Shown one piece after another: positions 1 to 13,188 of a stretch of DNA of 64,000 nt. The first letter of the stretch is position 1, and the number at the start of each line of letters is the position of its first letter. Origin of the DNA: Octopus vulgaris (taxonomy: Eukaryota); the NCBI GenBank assembly GCA_951406725.2, contig OX597817.1:23436001-23500000 (forward strand), given 5' to 3'. The translations under genes were made by a program, and so were the position numbers. The notes below the pieces were generated by a model that was not told the DNA's origin, ran no database searches, and saw nothing but the letters and a program-made list of their open reading frames with translations.

Positions 1-665
1 CACGTTATGACAGTATCAATACAGAAGGGACATGACACTTTCCAAATATCACCAAGCGCATGCTGCAGCACGTGAGATACTGTCTTAAGAGTGAAGGGGG
101 AAGAGACTTACTCAGCATCAGCAAAAGCATATTGTAGCATGTCTGATGAAGCACCAAGACTTCACCAAAGGCATGCTGCAGCACATCAAATGTAGTTTCA
201 AGACAGAAGGGTGATGAGACTTTCTCAAGATCAGCGGAGGCATACTGCAGCCCATCAAATGGAGTATCAAGTGAGAACGGAAATGAGGCTTTCCCAAGAT
301 TAACAAAGACGTGCTGCCGAAGTACTACTTAATGCTGAATCCTTAAGACAACGTTTAGATCGCCAGATTACACACAGGTCCAGCAGAATAGCTCTCCAAA
401 ACAGACAACGTACAAATTCGTTCTTCACAACACCTGCTGCTACTTTCAGATATGATCTATTCCATTCTTATAAAAAATTATAATTCTTTCAAAATTGGGG
501 AGCTAAACTGAAATTGACATACATGCAGAGCTTTAACATTTACTCCACAAATGTTTTGTCGTCAATGCACTTTTCTGTATCATCTGTTTCAACATTAATG
601 TAATGTAAACTATATGTACAAACTATGCCGTTTTAATTCCAAGCAATGTCGGGTATATCTGCTAG
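1..665 (+). mobile_element. Helitron relic: degenerate N-terminal ~63-bp (21-aa) repeats joined to a 3' terminus
   Basis: Manual translation gives RRVMRLSQDQRRHTAAHQMEYQVRTEMRLSQD*QRRAAE then PAATFRYD, like Helitron N-terminal charged repeats/AAFxYD. It ends in ccaagcaatgtcgggtatatctgCTAG (662-665), similar to the Helitron terminus at 40403. Confidence 0.65.
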
Positions 666-679
666 AAATAATAATAATC

Positions 680-1775
680 AACGAACAAATTTATTATATG
701 CACAGCGTTGTTCTGCCAGAAGTTTGCTTATGTTCACTCACAAATGCAGCCAATTCTGTGATGTCATAATTTGTCTCTCTTGCTATGTCTCTTGAAGTTC
801 AATCACTAATTTGACGGTTTGTTTTTGGCAGTCAAGAACTAAACTCTTGCATGTTTTTACCTCTCATAGCCAAAACTTGATTCTCAATTTTAATCAGTGC
901 TTGCCTAAAAATTGCTTTATTGAATTGAATATTCATACCTGGGTTTGCCTGTTCAACTGAGTACTTTAAGTCCGCAATCATGTCCTCACAATGTTTCACC
1001 CAAAGCTGTAGGAGACTGCAAAGATGTTGCTGAGTTTCCTTGCAGAATCTGATACTCATGCTTCCGTCAATGCAAGGTCTCAATGCTTATCATTTTCTAA
1101 TGATGCATGCTTCCCTATAAATTTACCTTCTTCGAATCTTGGAATGATTTCGGACCAGTCATTTCATGCAAAAGGAGCCGTGATTAGTAGCGCTCTGCTT
1201 AGCTTGTGTGTATGTGTGGAAGAGGCATTGTAAACTCTTGCAAGAGCATCAACCCCCACATTTCCTTTGTGCAATTTATTGTTTCTCCAGGTGTAATACT
1301 TGGGTAATTGTGGGTAAAGGTGTTTTCTTGCATCTTCATCTGCTTGACACTTAAAAAGGCAGTAAGGGTAGTTTCTTTTGGAGAAAGTACTTGTTCCAAG
1401 GTTGTTTGTTCTGTAAAGAGAGCCCTGTGGTCATTCTCTAGATGGCCACTCATATGAATGATGGCCGGGTGCCCCTCAGAAATAGGAAAATTGAAGATAC
1501 ACTAAAAAGCCTCGTTGGTGCTGATGTATCTTCCTCTGTTTTACTGTGCATCTTCGTCTTTTTTGTCTGCTGACTGCCATTCTGCATAAAAGTGTTGCAG
1601 CATCTAAAGCTTTGTTTATATATTTGCAATCATACTTAATAGAGTTAACAGATTTGCAGAATTCAACAGTGACTCTGGCTACCTGTATTCGTCTTTACTT
1701 CACTGTAGGATATTGATCATTTACATCTACTCCGACATCTCTTGTAGAGTGTGAGAAAATTGTTCTGGGAAAGTT
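680..1775 (-). pseudogene. Helitron Rep/helicase (RepHel) pseudogene fragment
   Basis: Minus-strand translation across frameshifts: ARVTVEFCKSVNSIKYDCKYINKALDAA (Rep YxxKY motif), GRYISTNEAF*CIFNFPISEGHPAIIHMSGHLEND, ETTLTAF, LQLWVKHCEDM, RETNYDITEL...EQRCAYN (just before the PIF1 helicase). Confidence 0.88.
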
Positions 1776-1799
1776 TTTCAGAAATTGAAATGGGGATTA

Positions 1800-1892
1800 A
1801 ATGAAAACGTGAGTTTTGTGAATATCTTCACAAGAGTGATTGAAATAAATGGTGATTGCAGAATGCCCCACTCATGCATGCAGAGACAGACA

Positions 1893-1951
<59 letters not shown>

Positions 1952-2115
1952 ACACACAGTATCAAGCATCAAATGAAATGGTCGTTTGAGTGAGAGAAAG
2001 AGAAGGGGTGTGCTGTCATGTACATGTACGTACATATATAAATATGCATACATCTGTTTTGTATGTATGTGAGTATGTGTGAGAGAGAGAGAGAGTGAGA
2101 GAGAGAGAGTGTGTG

Positions 2116-2150
<35 letters not shown>

Positions 2151-2260
2151 GTGTCTGTCTGTCTGTCTGTCTGTCTCTGCATGCATGAGTGGGGCATTCC
2201 GCAATCACCATTTATTTCAATCACTCTTGTGAAGATATTCACAAAACTCACGTTTTCATT
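1800..2260. repeat. Near-perfect inverted repeat (~95 bp unique + CA/GT tract per arm)
   Basis: 1800-~1957 is the reverse complement of ~2109-2260, with one mismatch seen in the unique part. Confidence 0.95.
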
Positions 2261-2354
2261 GTACGTATACTTGACAACACACCTCTTGACTGACTCACAC
2301 ATTGTCTCTCTCTTTCTCCTTCACAAATACACACACACGCACACACACACACAT

Positions 2355-2396
<42 letters not shown>

Positions 2397-2909
2397 CTTT
2401 ACAAACGTAATTACAAAAACACACATGTACATGTGTGATTGGCTTGTGTGCGTGTGAGAAAAGGTGGGGAGAAAGAACATTGCAAAGAATGAATGAAATA
2501 AACATGAAATGAAAGAAATCATATAAATAAAAGCTCTTGTACCGAATATGTAAATTTGTGAAATTAGTAAATATTTCTTTCAGTTATTTATCGTAGTTAT
2601 TTGCAAATAGTGAATTAACGCTTGAAATGAAAACATCAAAATACAGAGTGAGAGATATTGCAAATGAAAACGGAAAATTTCGCCGTGGCTACGTCAATAT
2701 GGGAAGTTGACATTCAGAGCAATTTTTAAAGACGTGAAACGTATATACATAAAGCAATATTATTTATTATTGATTAGAAAAATAATATGAAGATCCTCTG
2801 ATGCACCCGAGGTGAAATTTTTCATGCATCCCAAGGTTCGGGAGCAATTCGCGCAGCCGTTTTCACGTGAAAAGTGAATACACACACACGCAGTTCTTTA
2901 TTATATAAG

Positions 2910-2976
<67 letters not shown>

Positions 2977-3099
2977 TGTGTGTGTGTACGTTTATACATA
3001 TAAAGTAACAAACTGATGACAAAATTCCTTCAGAGTGGTGTGTAAAACATCTAATTCACTGGTACATCATTTGAATACCACATAAATATGGGTATAATT

Positions 3100-3146
<47 letters not shown>

Positions 3147-3902
3147 TTATTTATTTATTTATATTCGCGTGAACCAAAACAAACACATGTAGGATCACGC
3201 ACACATAGATACATGCATATACATACATATGTTCCAATAGAGGCATCTCACTTGCTTGATCACGAATATCACATACCCGATGAAACGCAAACGTCACACG
3301 AAATCATTGAACACACATACATTTCAACGTAGCGGGTCAATGTCAGTCAACTTTTCGGAAGCGATTGGTACTTAAAATTGCTTGTGATAGAGGCGAGTTG
3401 ATGTGTATGCTTGTTGATGAAGCAAATCGCAATTCATGAAAAATAGCGACAGAAAGACATTGACAATGTGAGACGCATAATCGAGTCATTGGTACCAGGT
3501 CTACCATATATATGTAGGCCTATACTAACACAGGAAATTCTATCAAATAAACTAGAACAAAGACAGAGATGTTAGGTAGAAACCCACAGACCCATACTCC
3601 AGATAGATAACCTTGTCTTTGTAAAATGTGCTGGCGTTTGCTGCCACAAATAAGAGTGTGCTCTCCATGAGTATATTGGATCCAATAAGACACGTGAACT
3701 GAGCATAATTTATTGTGATTCATATTTATCTAAATATAACTCAAAAATGAACTTAAGGAAAAGTTACAAGCCATACTGCAGAGATTAGTGGTGTGACAAA
3801 AAATATATTTTCGAGTGAAGGTATAAAGCTAAAATTAATATCTCAAATATTTCCTTCAATAATGTATGATTGTTGTATCCCACACATTTCAGATTCTCAT
3901 AA

Positions 3903-3933
<31 letters not shown>

Positions 3934-4273
3934 AGATATGAACGTACATAGACACAATACATATACGCATGTAAATATATATATATTCCGAGCATACGCA
4001 CACACACAATTACACACATGTGTGTATGGTAACAAAACTCAGACTTAGAAGAGTACATTTCAACTCTACTTAATCGAAGAATATCTCATAACGAATAATT
4101 ATATGTAATTATAAATAATTCAGAGCTGCGACAGAACGCTCTATAGAGAAATAAAAATAAATGCAAATTTTGTTGCACAAAATTGAAGAAAATATGATTA
4201 GTGCTTATTCGCAGCTGTACAATTCACTAGCCCGTCAAAATATTTATACACACGCACACATATGTATACGTAA

Positions 4274-4488
4274 ATAGGCTGACCCACAAGTAGGTTTACA
4301 GTGATTCAACTATCTCTTTTGCATTCATATACTAACAGTTTATATCTTAATTATGTAAAAATATGAAACCGTTATTCTATGCTAATTTACTTGATAATAA
4401 GATAGAAATTTAAATGTAATAAAATGTTTTGAAGGAAATTTAGAGTGCCTACTTGATGACTGTTAACCTACTTTTGAACCACCCCGTA
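4274..4488. mobile_element. Degenerate Tc1/mariner-type MITE
   Basis: Imperfect TIRs ggctgacccacaagtaggtttacagt / actgttaacctacttttgaaccaccccgta with a TA end and a non-coding interior. Confidence 0.6.
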
Positions 4489-5492
4489 TATATAAATGCA
4501 TAGAGGTATATATCTGTATGTGTGTTCATAGGTTGATTCAATGTGATTCTGTGTGTATGCGTGTGCGGGTTGGGAAGGGGTAATAATTAAGTGAGGTCTT
4601 CGCACCTGCACGCACTGTTATTGTACTGTTGATCGGAAACAAGTGTGAAGGTGACGATGATTGTCAATCAACCTACTGAATCAGTCTACAGACAAACCTC
4701 ATGCATTTGAAATCATCTTAACTTTGATGCCAGATTTAGTAAATCCTTACTAGAACGACATGCGATATTTTGCGATTGGTGACAAATTCGAGTAATGCAA
4801 ACTACATGCATGGAATGTTGCATATCTATTCCCAGACACTCAGCAAAAATATTTTGCTACGCTTGTGATGAAAATCTTTGTGCTGAGTATAGGCTTTTGG
4901 GTAGGGGTAGTATGTGCGTTTGAAACTAGTTCATAATGCTAAGCGTTCAGGTGAATACCCATAAGCAAAACGATTGTAATTATGGGAAAGAAAACCTAGA
5001 TCTTATCCATGAAAAACGTCTCTAAACAATATATCTGCTCGCTCACACCTTTGGAATTCGTGTTTTCTGATAGGAGAATCACACAAAAACCTACTGAGCT
5101 TCCAAAATCTGAAGCTAGTTCTAAAAATGTCACAGTCCATTTTCGTTTACAGCCACTCATCCCTCTTTTGAACCACAGAGAATGATTAATATTTATGAAT
5201 ATTCTAAATTCAGAGAGAGCCACCTGGTACGCATCGAGTTTATAAAACTCAATTAAGTATTCTGTAACACGCAAACCCTCATACGGTTTATCCTGCATTT
5301 AAAAATATTGTGACAACAGTCTTCATAATGCACTACTACTTTATTATTTCCCTTCATAGTGCTGTCAATGTTATGCAAACTAGGACGAACTCAATTTTTT
5401 GCAAGTTTATATAATCTATAAAAAGTTATTCGTTACTATATTTTCAAATACAGAATATATATAATCAGTTTTTGTTTGATAAGTGTATAATC

Positions 5493-5708
5493 ACGGAGAT
5501 GTACTCGCATAGCAAGTGATTTGATCTGAGATCGTGTGCTGGAACGAAAACAATTGCAGCGTGGAAGGTGTTTGTAAGCCATTTAAGAAACACACAAAAG
5601 CCGTTCGGATGTTTGTCAGTGAACAGGTTGCGGATTTTAGCGACGAAAATATTTTGACAAATTAAACTTATATGTTGAAGTGAATCGAACGGCTTTTGTG
5701 TTTCTTAA
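5493..5708. mobile_element. Short interspersed element with internal inverted repeat
   Basis: ttaagaaacacacaaaagccgttcg (5583-5607) is inverted at 5686-5708; the direct repeat taagtgtataatc occurs at 5480 and 5706. Confidence 0.5.
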
Positions 5709-5718
5709 GTGTATAATC

Positions 5719-5914
5719 TTTTCTACTAAAAGCACAAGACTTGAAAGTTTAGAGGAAGGGACTATCATTTCACTGGTACTCAATTTATCTATCCCCGAAA
5801 TGATGAAAGGCAAATTTCAGCTCGGCCGAATTTGAACTCAGAATGTAAAAGACGGACGAAATACGACTGAGCATTTTGCCCGAAGCACTAATGATACTAT
5901 CAGCTCGCCGCCTT
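5719..5914 (-). mobile_element. tRNA-derived SINE (family A, diverged)
   Basis: Reverse complement of the aaggcggcgagct...gagttcaaattc...gcctttcatc family seen at 6205. Confidence 0.8.
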
Positions 5915-6204
5915 AGATAATTGTATAATAAAATGTGAAACTAGCGAAGTAGATCCTCTTTAACAACCATGCTTTTAATATTACCACTTTGTTCTATTTT
6001 ACACAGCAATGGAAAGCAGAGTTTTCTAACAGCTGCCACGAATATGATTTGGTCTTATATTTCGAAATAACCTAAAGTGTTAATGTAGAGTGCATAGTAA
6101 ATGAAGATGAATTGTCACCAGCGCAGTCATGGTTATTCAAATTCCACACAGCAATATAAGTCTGTAAGAGGTTCTATACATTATTGTTAATTATACGCTA
6201 CTCT

Positions 6205-7090
6205 AAGGCGGCGAGTTTGCAGAAACATTAGCACGCCGGGCGAAATGCCTAGCGGTATTTCGTCTGCCGTTACGTTCTGAGTTCTAATTCCGCCAGGTCG
6301 ACTTTGCCTTTCATCCTTTCGGGGGTCGATAAATTAAGTACGAGTTACGCACTGGGGTCGATGGAATCGACTTAATCCCTTTGTCTGTCCTTGTTTGTCC
6401 CCTCTGTGTTTAGCCCCTTGTGGGTAGTAAAGAAATAGGTATTTCGTCTGCCGCTACGTTCTGGGTTCAAATTCCGCCGAGGTCGACTTTCCCTCTCATC
6501 CTTTCGGGGTCGTTAAATAAGTACCAGTTATGCACTGGGGTCGGTCTAATCGACTTAATCCGTTTGTCTGTCCTTGTTTGTTCTCTCTGTGTTTAGCCCC
6601 TTGTGGGTAGTAATGAAATAGGTATTTCTTCAGCCGTTACGTTCTGAGTTCAAATTCCACCGAGTTCGACTTTGCCTTTCATCCTTTAAGGCGGTGAGCT
6701 GGCAGAAACGTTAGCACGGCGGGCGAAAGGCGTTGTGGTATTCGTCTGCCGTTACGTTCTGAGTTCAAATCCCGCCGAGGTCGACTTTGCCTTCCATCCG
6801 CTCGGGGTCGATTAAATAAGTACCAGTTACGCACTAGGGTTGATATAATCGACTTAATCCGTTTGTCTGTCCTTGTTTGTCCCCTCTGTGTTTAGCCCCT
6901 TGTGGGAAGTAAAGAAATAGGTATTTCGTCTGCCGCTACGTTGTGAGTTCAAATTCCGCCGAGGTCGACTTTGCCTTTCATCCTTTCGGGGTCGATAAAT
7001 TAGGTACCAGCTGCGTACTGATGTCAATCTAATCGACTGGCACGCTGCCCCGAAATTTTGGGCCTTGGGCCTTGAGTAGAAAAGAATTAT
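6205..7090 (+). mobile_element. SINE family A tandem array (two heads, five ~183-bp body starts)
   Basis: Heads at 6205 and 6688; body units start at 6254, 6438, 6621, 6737 and 6920. B-box gagttcaaattcc and central gcctttcatcctttcggggtcgataaa domain (Meta/MESC-like from memory). TSD-like 6189-6204 / 7085-7100. Confidence 0.9.
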
Positions 7091-7620
7091 ACGTTACCCT
7101 TATCTTAGCAGAATTTGAGCCAACGTACATCATATTTTCTGCTCATTGTAATAGAATCCTTTTATGAAAAAAACTGTCTTCATTTTAAGAGTGAAATTCA
7201 TTTTCAGCGTATTTGAATTACACATGATTAATGTTTAAATTTGCATGGATAAAAAGCTGCTCTGTAATTCACTAATAAACACGCACCCACACGCACGTAC
7301 GCCTTTGTATCATATGTGAGTGTGCATGTGTATCTGTGCATACGCAAAGACATATATATATACACATGTAGGTGTGTGTGTTTGTGTGTTTACGATAGCA
7401 GAGTACTCAAGATTCTCGTGGTTTTTATTACCTCATGAATTACGTAATGCTGATTTTGTAATGGATTATCATGATTACGTAATTTATGAGGCAATAAAAA
7501 TTCTTAAACAAATAATCCTGGTTTATTCGTTTCTCGGTAATACACGCAGTATATTATTCAAACTTATATCAACGCTAAACGAAAATCGCATAATACACCT
7601 ACAGCAGTTAACTACCATAT

Positions 7621-8800
7621 TATTAGATTGTCAAGAAAGTTCTTGCGGAATTTTTACTTTTAGTTTTAAATTATTTATTTTCAAATTATTTTTTGTTAAA
7701 TTACTTTGATTTTACATATCATTTTAAAACCCGTTTTTTGCTCTATCTAATCAAGTTACTCTTTTTCTTTCTAAATAATTAGGCTATTTTTTTCCGGAAC
7801 GTTGAATACAACATGGACAAAAAGCAAATTCGCACAATTATCTTATTCCAGTTCAAGCAAGGCCGAAAAGCTGCTGAAGCAGATCGCGATATCAACGATG
7901 CGTTTGGTCTAGTAACCACTAATGAACGTACAGCACAATGGTGGTTCAAGAAATTTCGTAGCGGTGACGAGAGTCTTGAAGATGATAAACGTTGTGGTCG
8001 GCCATCGGATGTTGACAACGATCAACTAAGAGCCTTAGTCGAAGCCAATCTGCTTCTGAATTTGACGTAAAGAATATGACAATTTCCAACCATTTGAAAG
8101 AGATTGAGAAAACAAAAACACTTGAGAAATAGCTGCTGGACGAATTGAACGACAACCAAAAAAATGCCGTTTGAAGTGTCGTCTTCCCTTTTTTTACGCA
8201 ACAAGAACGACCCGTTTCTCGACCGGATTGTGACTTGTGATGAAACGTGGATTCTTTATGACAACTGGCGACGCTCAGCTCAGTGGCTGGATTCCGATGA
8301 AGTCCCAAGTTGCTTCCCGAAGCCAAAGTTGCACCAAAAGAAGGTCATGGTGAATGTTTGGTGGTTTCCGGCCGGTCACATCCATCACAGCTTTTTGGAT
8401 CCAGGCGAAACCATTACGGCAGAGAAGTACTATCAGCAAAAGAATGAAATGTATAAGAAACTCCGACAACAACAGCCATCATTGGTCAATAGAAAAGGAC
8501 CAATTCTTCTCCACGACAATGCTCGGCCTCACTGACCCTGCAGAAGTCGAACGGATTGGTGTACGAAATTCTGCTTCATCTACCGTACTCACAAGACTAA
8601 CATATTCTCAAGCATCTCGGCAACTTCCTTCGTGAGAAATGCTTCAAAAACCATGACCAAGCCAAACACGCTTTCAAAGATTTCATAGTCACCAGAACGC
8701 AGGATTTTTACCTCTAGCATAAATAAACTTGTTCCGCGTTGGCAAAAGTGTATTGATTGTGATGGTGCTTATTTCGATTGTGATGGTGTTTATTTTGATT
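7621..8800 (+). mobile_element. Mariner transposon (Hsmar1/cecropia-like), defective
   Basis: Left TIR tattagattgtcaagaaagttcttgcgg followed by transposase remnants; right TIR not seen. Confidence 0.9.
7813..8780 (+). pseudogene. Mariner DD34D transposase pseudogene
   Basis: MDKKQIR...WWFKKFRSGDESLED...GRPS (HTH), TCDETWILYDN, HDNARPH, RWQKCIDCDGAYFD; frameshifts and deletions present. Confidence 0.93.
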
Positions 8801-8898
8801 TTCTTATTTACATTCCAAATATGGAGATTTGTATCTCCGGTTGATTCCAGCTCCATCCTCAGAGGAAGTATTTTAATAATTTAGAAAAGAAGAGAATT

Positions 8899-9021
8899 TA
8901 CATACATACATATATACATACATACATTCATACATACATACATACATACATACATACATACATACATACATACATACATACATACATACATACATACATA
9001 CATACATACATACATACATAC
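8899..9021. repeat. (TACA)n microsatellite
   Basis: Read directly. Confidence 0.97.
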
Positions 9022-11270
9022 GCATGCATAATCAGAATGTATCTATATATTTATACGAAGATAAAAGTTACTGCTTTATCGATTCTGAGTATACGGTGCT
9101 TTATTTTTTTCCGCACTGCTCAAAAATGGAAACTGGAAATCGGTGCTACCAAAAGAGAGAAGCTTGAAACCCAAATTAATGAATAAATTCTTTAATATGT
9201 TTTGAGTGTGCTTCAGTCTCATTCGGTAGCATATTGCGGTTTTGTTTATGAAGTTTTTACTGATTTGTGAGAGTGTGTTCCCGGAGATTCATGTATCCCT
9301 TTTGTGTTTCTATGTATTCTGTGGTATTGTTGACATACTATTGGCATGGTATTACTGTAATGATAGCTCCATAATGCTACGGTGATACTAATTCATATTA
9401 CGTCAAATGTTGCTCAAAGCAAATGTCCTTTTATTCTGCCTTAGCTAAATTCAAGTCTAATTGTGTTTAAAATTTGCTATGAGGGGAAGCGAATTTAAAT
9501 AATTTGCAGCGACGATCTAGATTGTTTATTTTATGCAGAAATAGAGAAAGGAACATCAGTTAAATGGGTACATTCAATACGTTATGAAATTTGCATAGTC
9601 GTTATACCTTTTTCATATGTAACCAACTCATACGAGCTACCATTGAAATCTGAATCAGCAAGAATCATATTAATTGTGTTTATATTCATGCAGTCGCCTC
9701 TTACAGATTGTACCAAAAATATTCACCCTTCGGGTGTATTCTGGTTTCCAAACAAATTTCGATTGTCTCCATATATGTTGCATTCAGAGAATACTGTCAA
9801 ATACTTCAAAGGAACCAGACGTATTATACATGGTTTTATTTGTCAAGTACAAATAAGAAGGAACATCACAAAACAGAATGCGATCGATGATTACAATATA
9901 GGAACTAAGTTGTTGGATATGAACATATGAAATATCAGACTAAAGTAACAATAGCGTATACTTTATTAAATTTATAGCAATGATATTTATAATAATACGT
10001 AAGCAATGAACGCAAAAAGTACATAAATCAAACATACATACGCATATACCCAGATATTTACAGATACAGTTGAATACAACTGCATACATAATTTAACTAT
10101 AGTTTCCAAGTTACTACATAAGCAATTTCGAATACTCACACATATACATACACACGTACACGCACACATTTGCAAGCATATGCAAAACTAGTGCAATATA
10201 TAATCATATATTCATATATATTTGTGTAAAATGAAGTACAAATAATTATATGTGTATGGTTTAGTGGGACAGTGTGTCTGTATGTGTGTGTGAGTGTGTG
10301 AACAAATATGTCTACACACACACTTTTGTTATATATATGCGCGTGTCCTTGCCACAGAATAAGTTCCTCTGAAAGTACATCTCAAAATGATATACATTAA
10401 AAATTCAGAAACAATTGATTTCTACGAGTTGATATGATTTATATTTGAGCATTCATAAATATTATACTGGGAATGTCATTGATACATAGACACATACATA
10501 TGCGTGTATGTGTATATATATATATGTGTGGGTGTGTGTGTGTGTGTTCACGACACCTTCGAAGAACATTCAATGTAATTCTTGCATTATAGATCCAAAG
10601 CATCATATCATAGTTTTTTGCTATGGTGTTCTGAACTTTGCTGTGTCTGTAATTATTATGCTATAACAATAACTGAATACGCGATGCACAAAATGAAATA
10701 GTCTGAATAACCTCCGCCTTTTAAGATCTACATTAGATGCTTTTCTCAAGTGTGGAGGGAGCGATATATTTGAGTGGAGTGATGTGCATGAAAATCAGAT
10801 GTGATACAAATAAGATTGTCGGAGTAAAGGCGAAATGACTGTGCTGGACGGTTGCATAGAGAAGGACGAAACAACGTATACTTCTAGGGTGTGAGTGTAG
10901 ATTGAAGTATTTTGGAAATCTTTTACCGGTTTGATCAGACAAGATTTTTAGAGTTGTTTGGGGTAAAGCAGACTTAGAAGTAAACATGTATTTTGCAGTT
11001 GTTTGAAGGGTTTCCCATTAGTAATCAATATTCTTTGTATATATAGATTTAGTAGAGTTTATAGAGTGCTGGCGCTGTGCCATTTCAGGATTCATGCGAG
11101 AATGATTAAAGATAATTGGGTTTCGATTTCTAAAAGACTTAGGTGGCAGCTTATACCACTCCCAATGAAATACTTCAATCTACACTCACACTCTTGAAGT
11201 ATACACATCATTTTCCCAAATCATAAGCTAGTTTTACTTTCCGTAAACTGAATATCATAGCCAATAGCCA

Positions 11271-11442
11271 TAGGCGCAGGAGTTGCTGTGTGGTAAGTAG
11301 CTTTCTTACCAACCACATAGTTTCGGGTTCAGTCCCACTGCGTGGCATCTTTGGCAAGTGTCTTCTGCTATAGCCTCGGGCCGACCAAAGCCTTGTGAGT
11401 GGATTTGGTAGACGGAAACTGAAAGAATCCTGTCGTATATAT

Positions 11443-11473
<31 letters not shown>

Positions 11474-11680
11474 CGTGTGTTTGTGTGTCTGTGTGTGTCC
11501 CCCTAGCATTGCTTGACAACCGATGCTTGTGTGTTTACGTCCCCCTCATCTAGCGGTTCGGCAAAAGAGACCGATAGAATAAGTACTGGGCTTACAAAGA
11601 ATAAGTCCCGGGGTCGAGTTGCTCGACTAAAAGGCGGTGCTCCAGCATGGCTGCAGTCAAATGAAACAATACAAAGTGAG
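11271..11680 (+). mobile_element. tRNA-derived SINE (family B) with internal TA/TG microsatellite
   Basis: Head taggcgcaggag.ggctgtgtggtaag...gggttcagtccc (A/B boxes); near-identical copies at 22438 and 35945. Confidence 0.9.
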
Positions 11681-12099
11681 ATAAGCTATCACTTTGAAGT
11701 GTACCACGCCTGACGCTCTCTTTTCACAGTTTTTGTTTTCCTCCATTCAATACAGCATTCCAATAATTTATGTTTTCATTAACTATACTTTCATATTTGT
11801 TGCCACTCCAAATATACTAATTGATTTACTTATCCATCTGCGTTGTACTCTTTTTTATGCTTTTTCGTAATCCATCCATGCTACATTCAATCATTCAATC
11901 CTCTCAATCCGTGTCTACACACATTATAATTATCATTTTATCAATTAATAAGTGGTCTTTTGTTGTCCTTTAGTTTCCTACATATTTGCTGTTCTTCTGG
12001 AAATTGATTGTTACTTACTAGATGTTTATATAAATTTTCAGCCAAGACACCGGTCATATAAACAGATTATAGGTCGAAAATGTGATACCTTTATTATCC

Positions 12100-12164
12100 T
12101 CGTCGTCGTTATCATCATCATCATTGTCGTCATCGTCGTCGTCGTCGTCGTCCTCGTTATCATT

Positions 12165-12217
<53 letters not shown>

Positions 12218-12218
12218 A

Positions 12219-12256
<38 letters not shown>

Positions 12257-12270
12257 TATTGTTGTTGTTA
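12100..12270. repeat. (ATC/GTC)n microsatellite
   Basis: Read directly. Confidence 0.95.
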
Positions 12271-13132
12271 TAATTTTCAGTATGTATACATGACCTCCAT
12301 TTTCTCGAATTCTGATTGAAGGAACAATCAATCATATCGACTTAATTCGATCGACGCATTGTCTTATCTATCCCGGATGGATGGAAAGCGATGATGATGT
12401 TAAAAGAATTTGAATTCAAAAGGTAGTGGTAGATGAGCAAATAATTCAGTGCTGTTTCAATGCCAGTTCTGTAGATATACACAGATAATAAAGATTTCTA
12501 ACTTGGGAACACGGCTTTATTTAGTTTTGTCTATTGGTGATAGGAAAGTTCGTGGTCGATAATTTCGTCCTCAATGTTTTAAACAGTTATCGATTCCAGT
12601 AAAATGAAATCGAATTTACTGATTGCATGCTGCTGATGTAGCTAATGTTGTTACCGTTATGACCGCTGATGTTCTTGTGCAATATGAAAAAAAAAATCCT
12701 TGTAGCAAGTATATGTTTATGGAGAAAAAAATAGGGTCCTTCTAAATCAGAGCTAGAGAGATTGATGATATTTTAAATTTGGAAGGATGAAAACTAAAAA
12801 GCATTTCAATAATATTTTACCAAATTACATAAAGTGCCCTAACCACAAAACACTTTGTTCAGCATCCAACTATTAATGAGCACCTTCTCTTCACTACTCT
12901 GAAATTTACCCTCCAAGCTATACATACACACAAGCTCACACTTACACTCACTCGCGAGCGCGTACGTACAATCCCACATGCACGCAGGCATACGCACGCT
13001 CACAAACACACACGCACAAATGCACGTATACACACGTATGCACACACACACACATATGTAATTGTTAAACAATTATATACAGACGTTAAGGCAAGGTAGA
13101 CATCTCAATATTATTATAGGAAAAAGATTCAA

Positions 13133-13188
13133 ATCTTACAGCTGTTTCTGGGATATCCCCGAGTATGGGATATTCCGTCATCAGTGAC
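13133..13188 (-). ncRNA. Minimal type-I hammerhead ribozyme motif (Penelope pLTR-like)
   Basis: Minus strand: gtca-CTGATGA-cggaatatcc[catactcgg]ggatatccca-GAAAC-agct-GTA-aga. Intact core and palindromic stem III; stems I and II imperfect. Confidence 0.7.

Larger units (their letters stand above)
680..2910 (-). mobile_element. Helitron, internally deleted and 3'-truncated
   Basis: The 5' end reads A|TCTTATATAATAAAGAACTGCGTGTGTG...AAAACGGCTGCGCGAATT on the minus strand at 2910, followed by RepHel coding remnants at 680-1775. Confidence 0.7.

Noticed and set aside
1778-2522. HT/CV/YI-rich ORFs
   Set aside because: Translations of CA/TG/TA repeats and the inverted repeat.
6254-7090. CRISPR-like or retrozyme array
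   Set aside because: Units are contiguous SINE bodies with no unique spacers and no HHR core on either strand.
7813-8780. SETMAR host gene
   Set aside because: No SET domain; TIR present and ORF broken, so it is a dead mariner.
9643-9930. Three overlapping open frames
   Set aside because: No recognisable domain or convincing splice-site pair.
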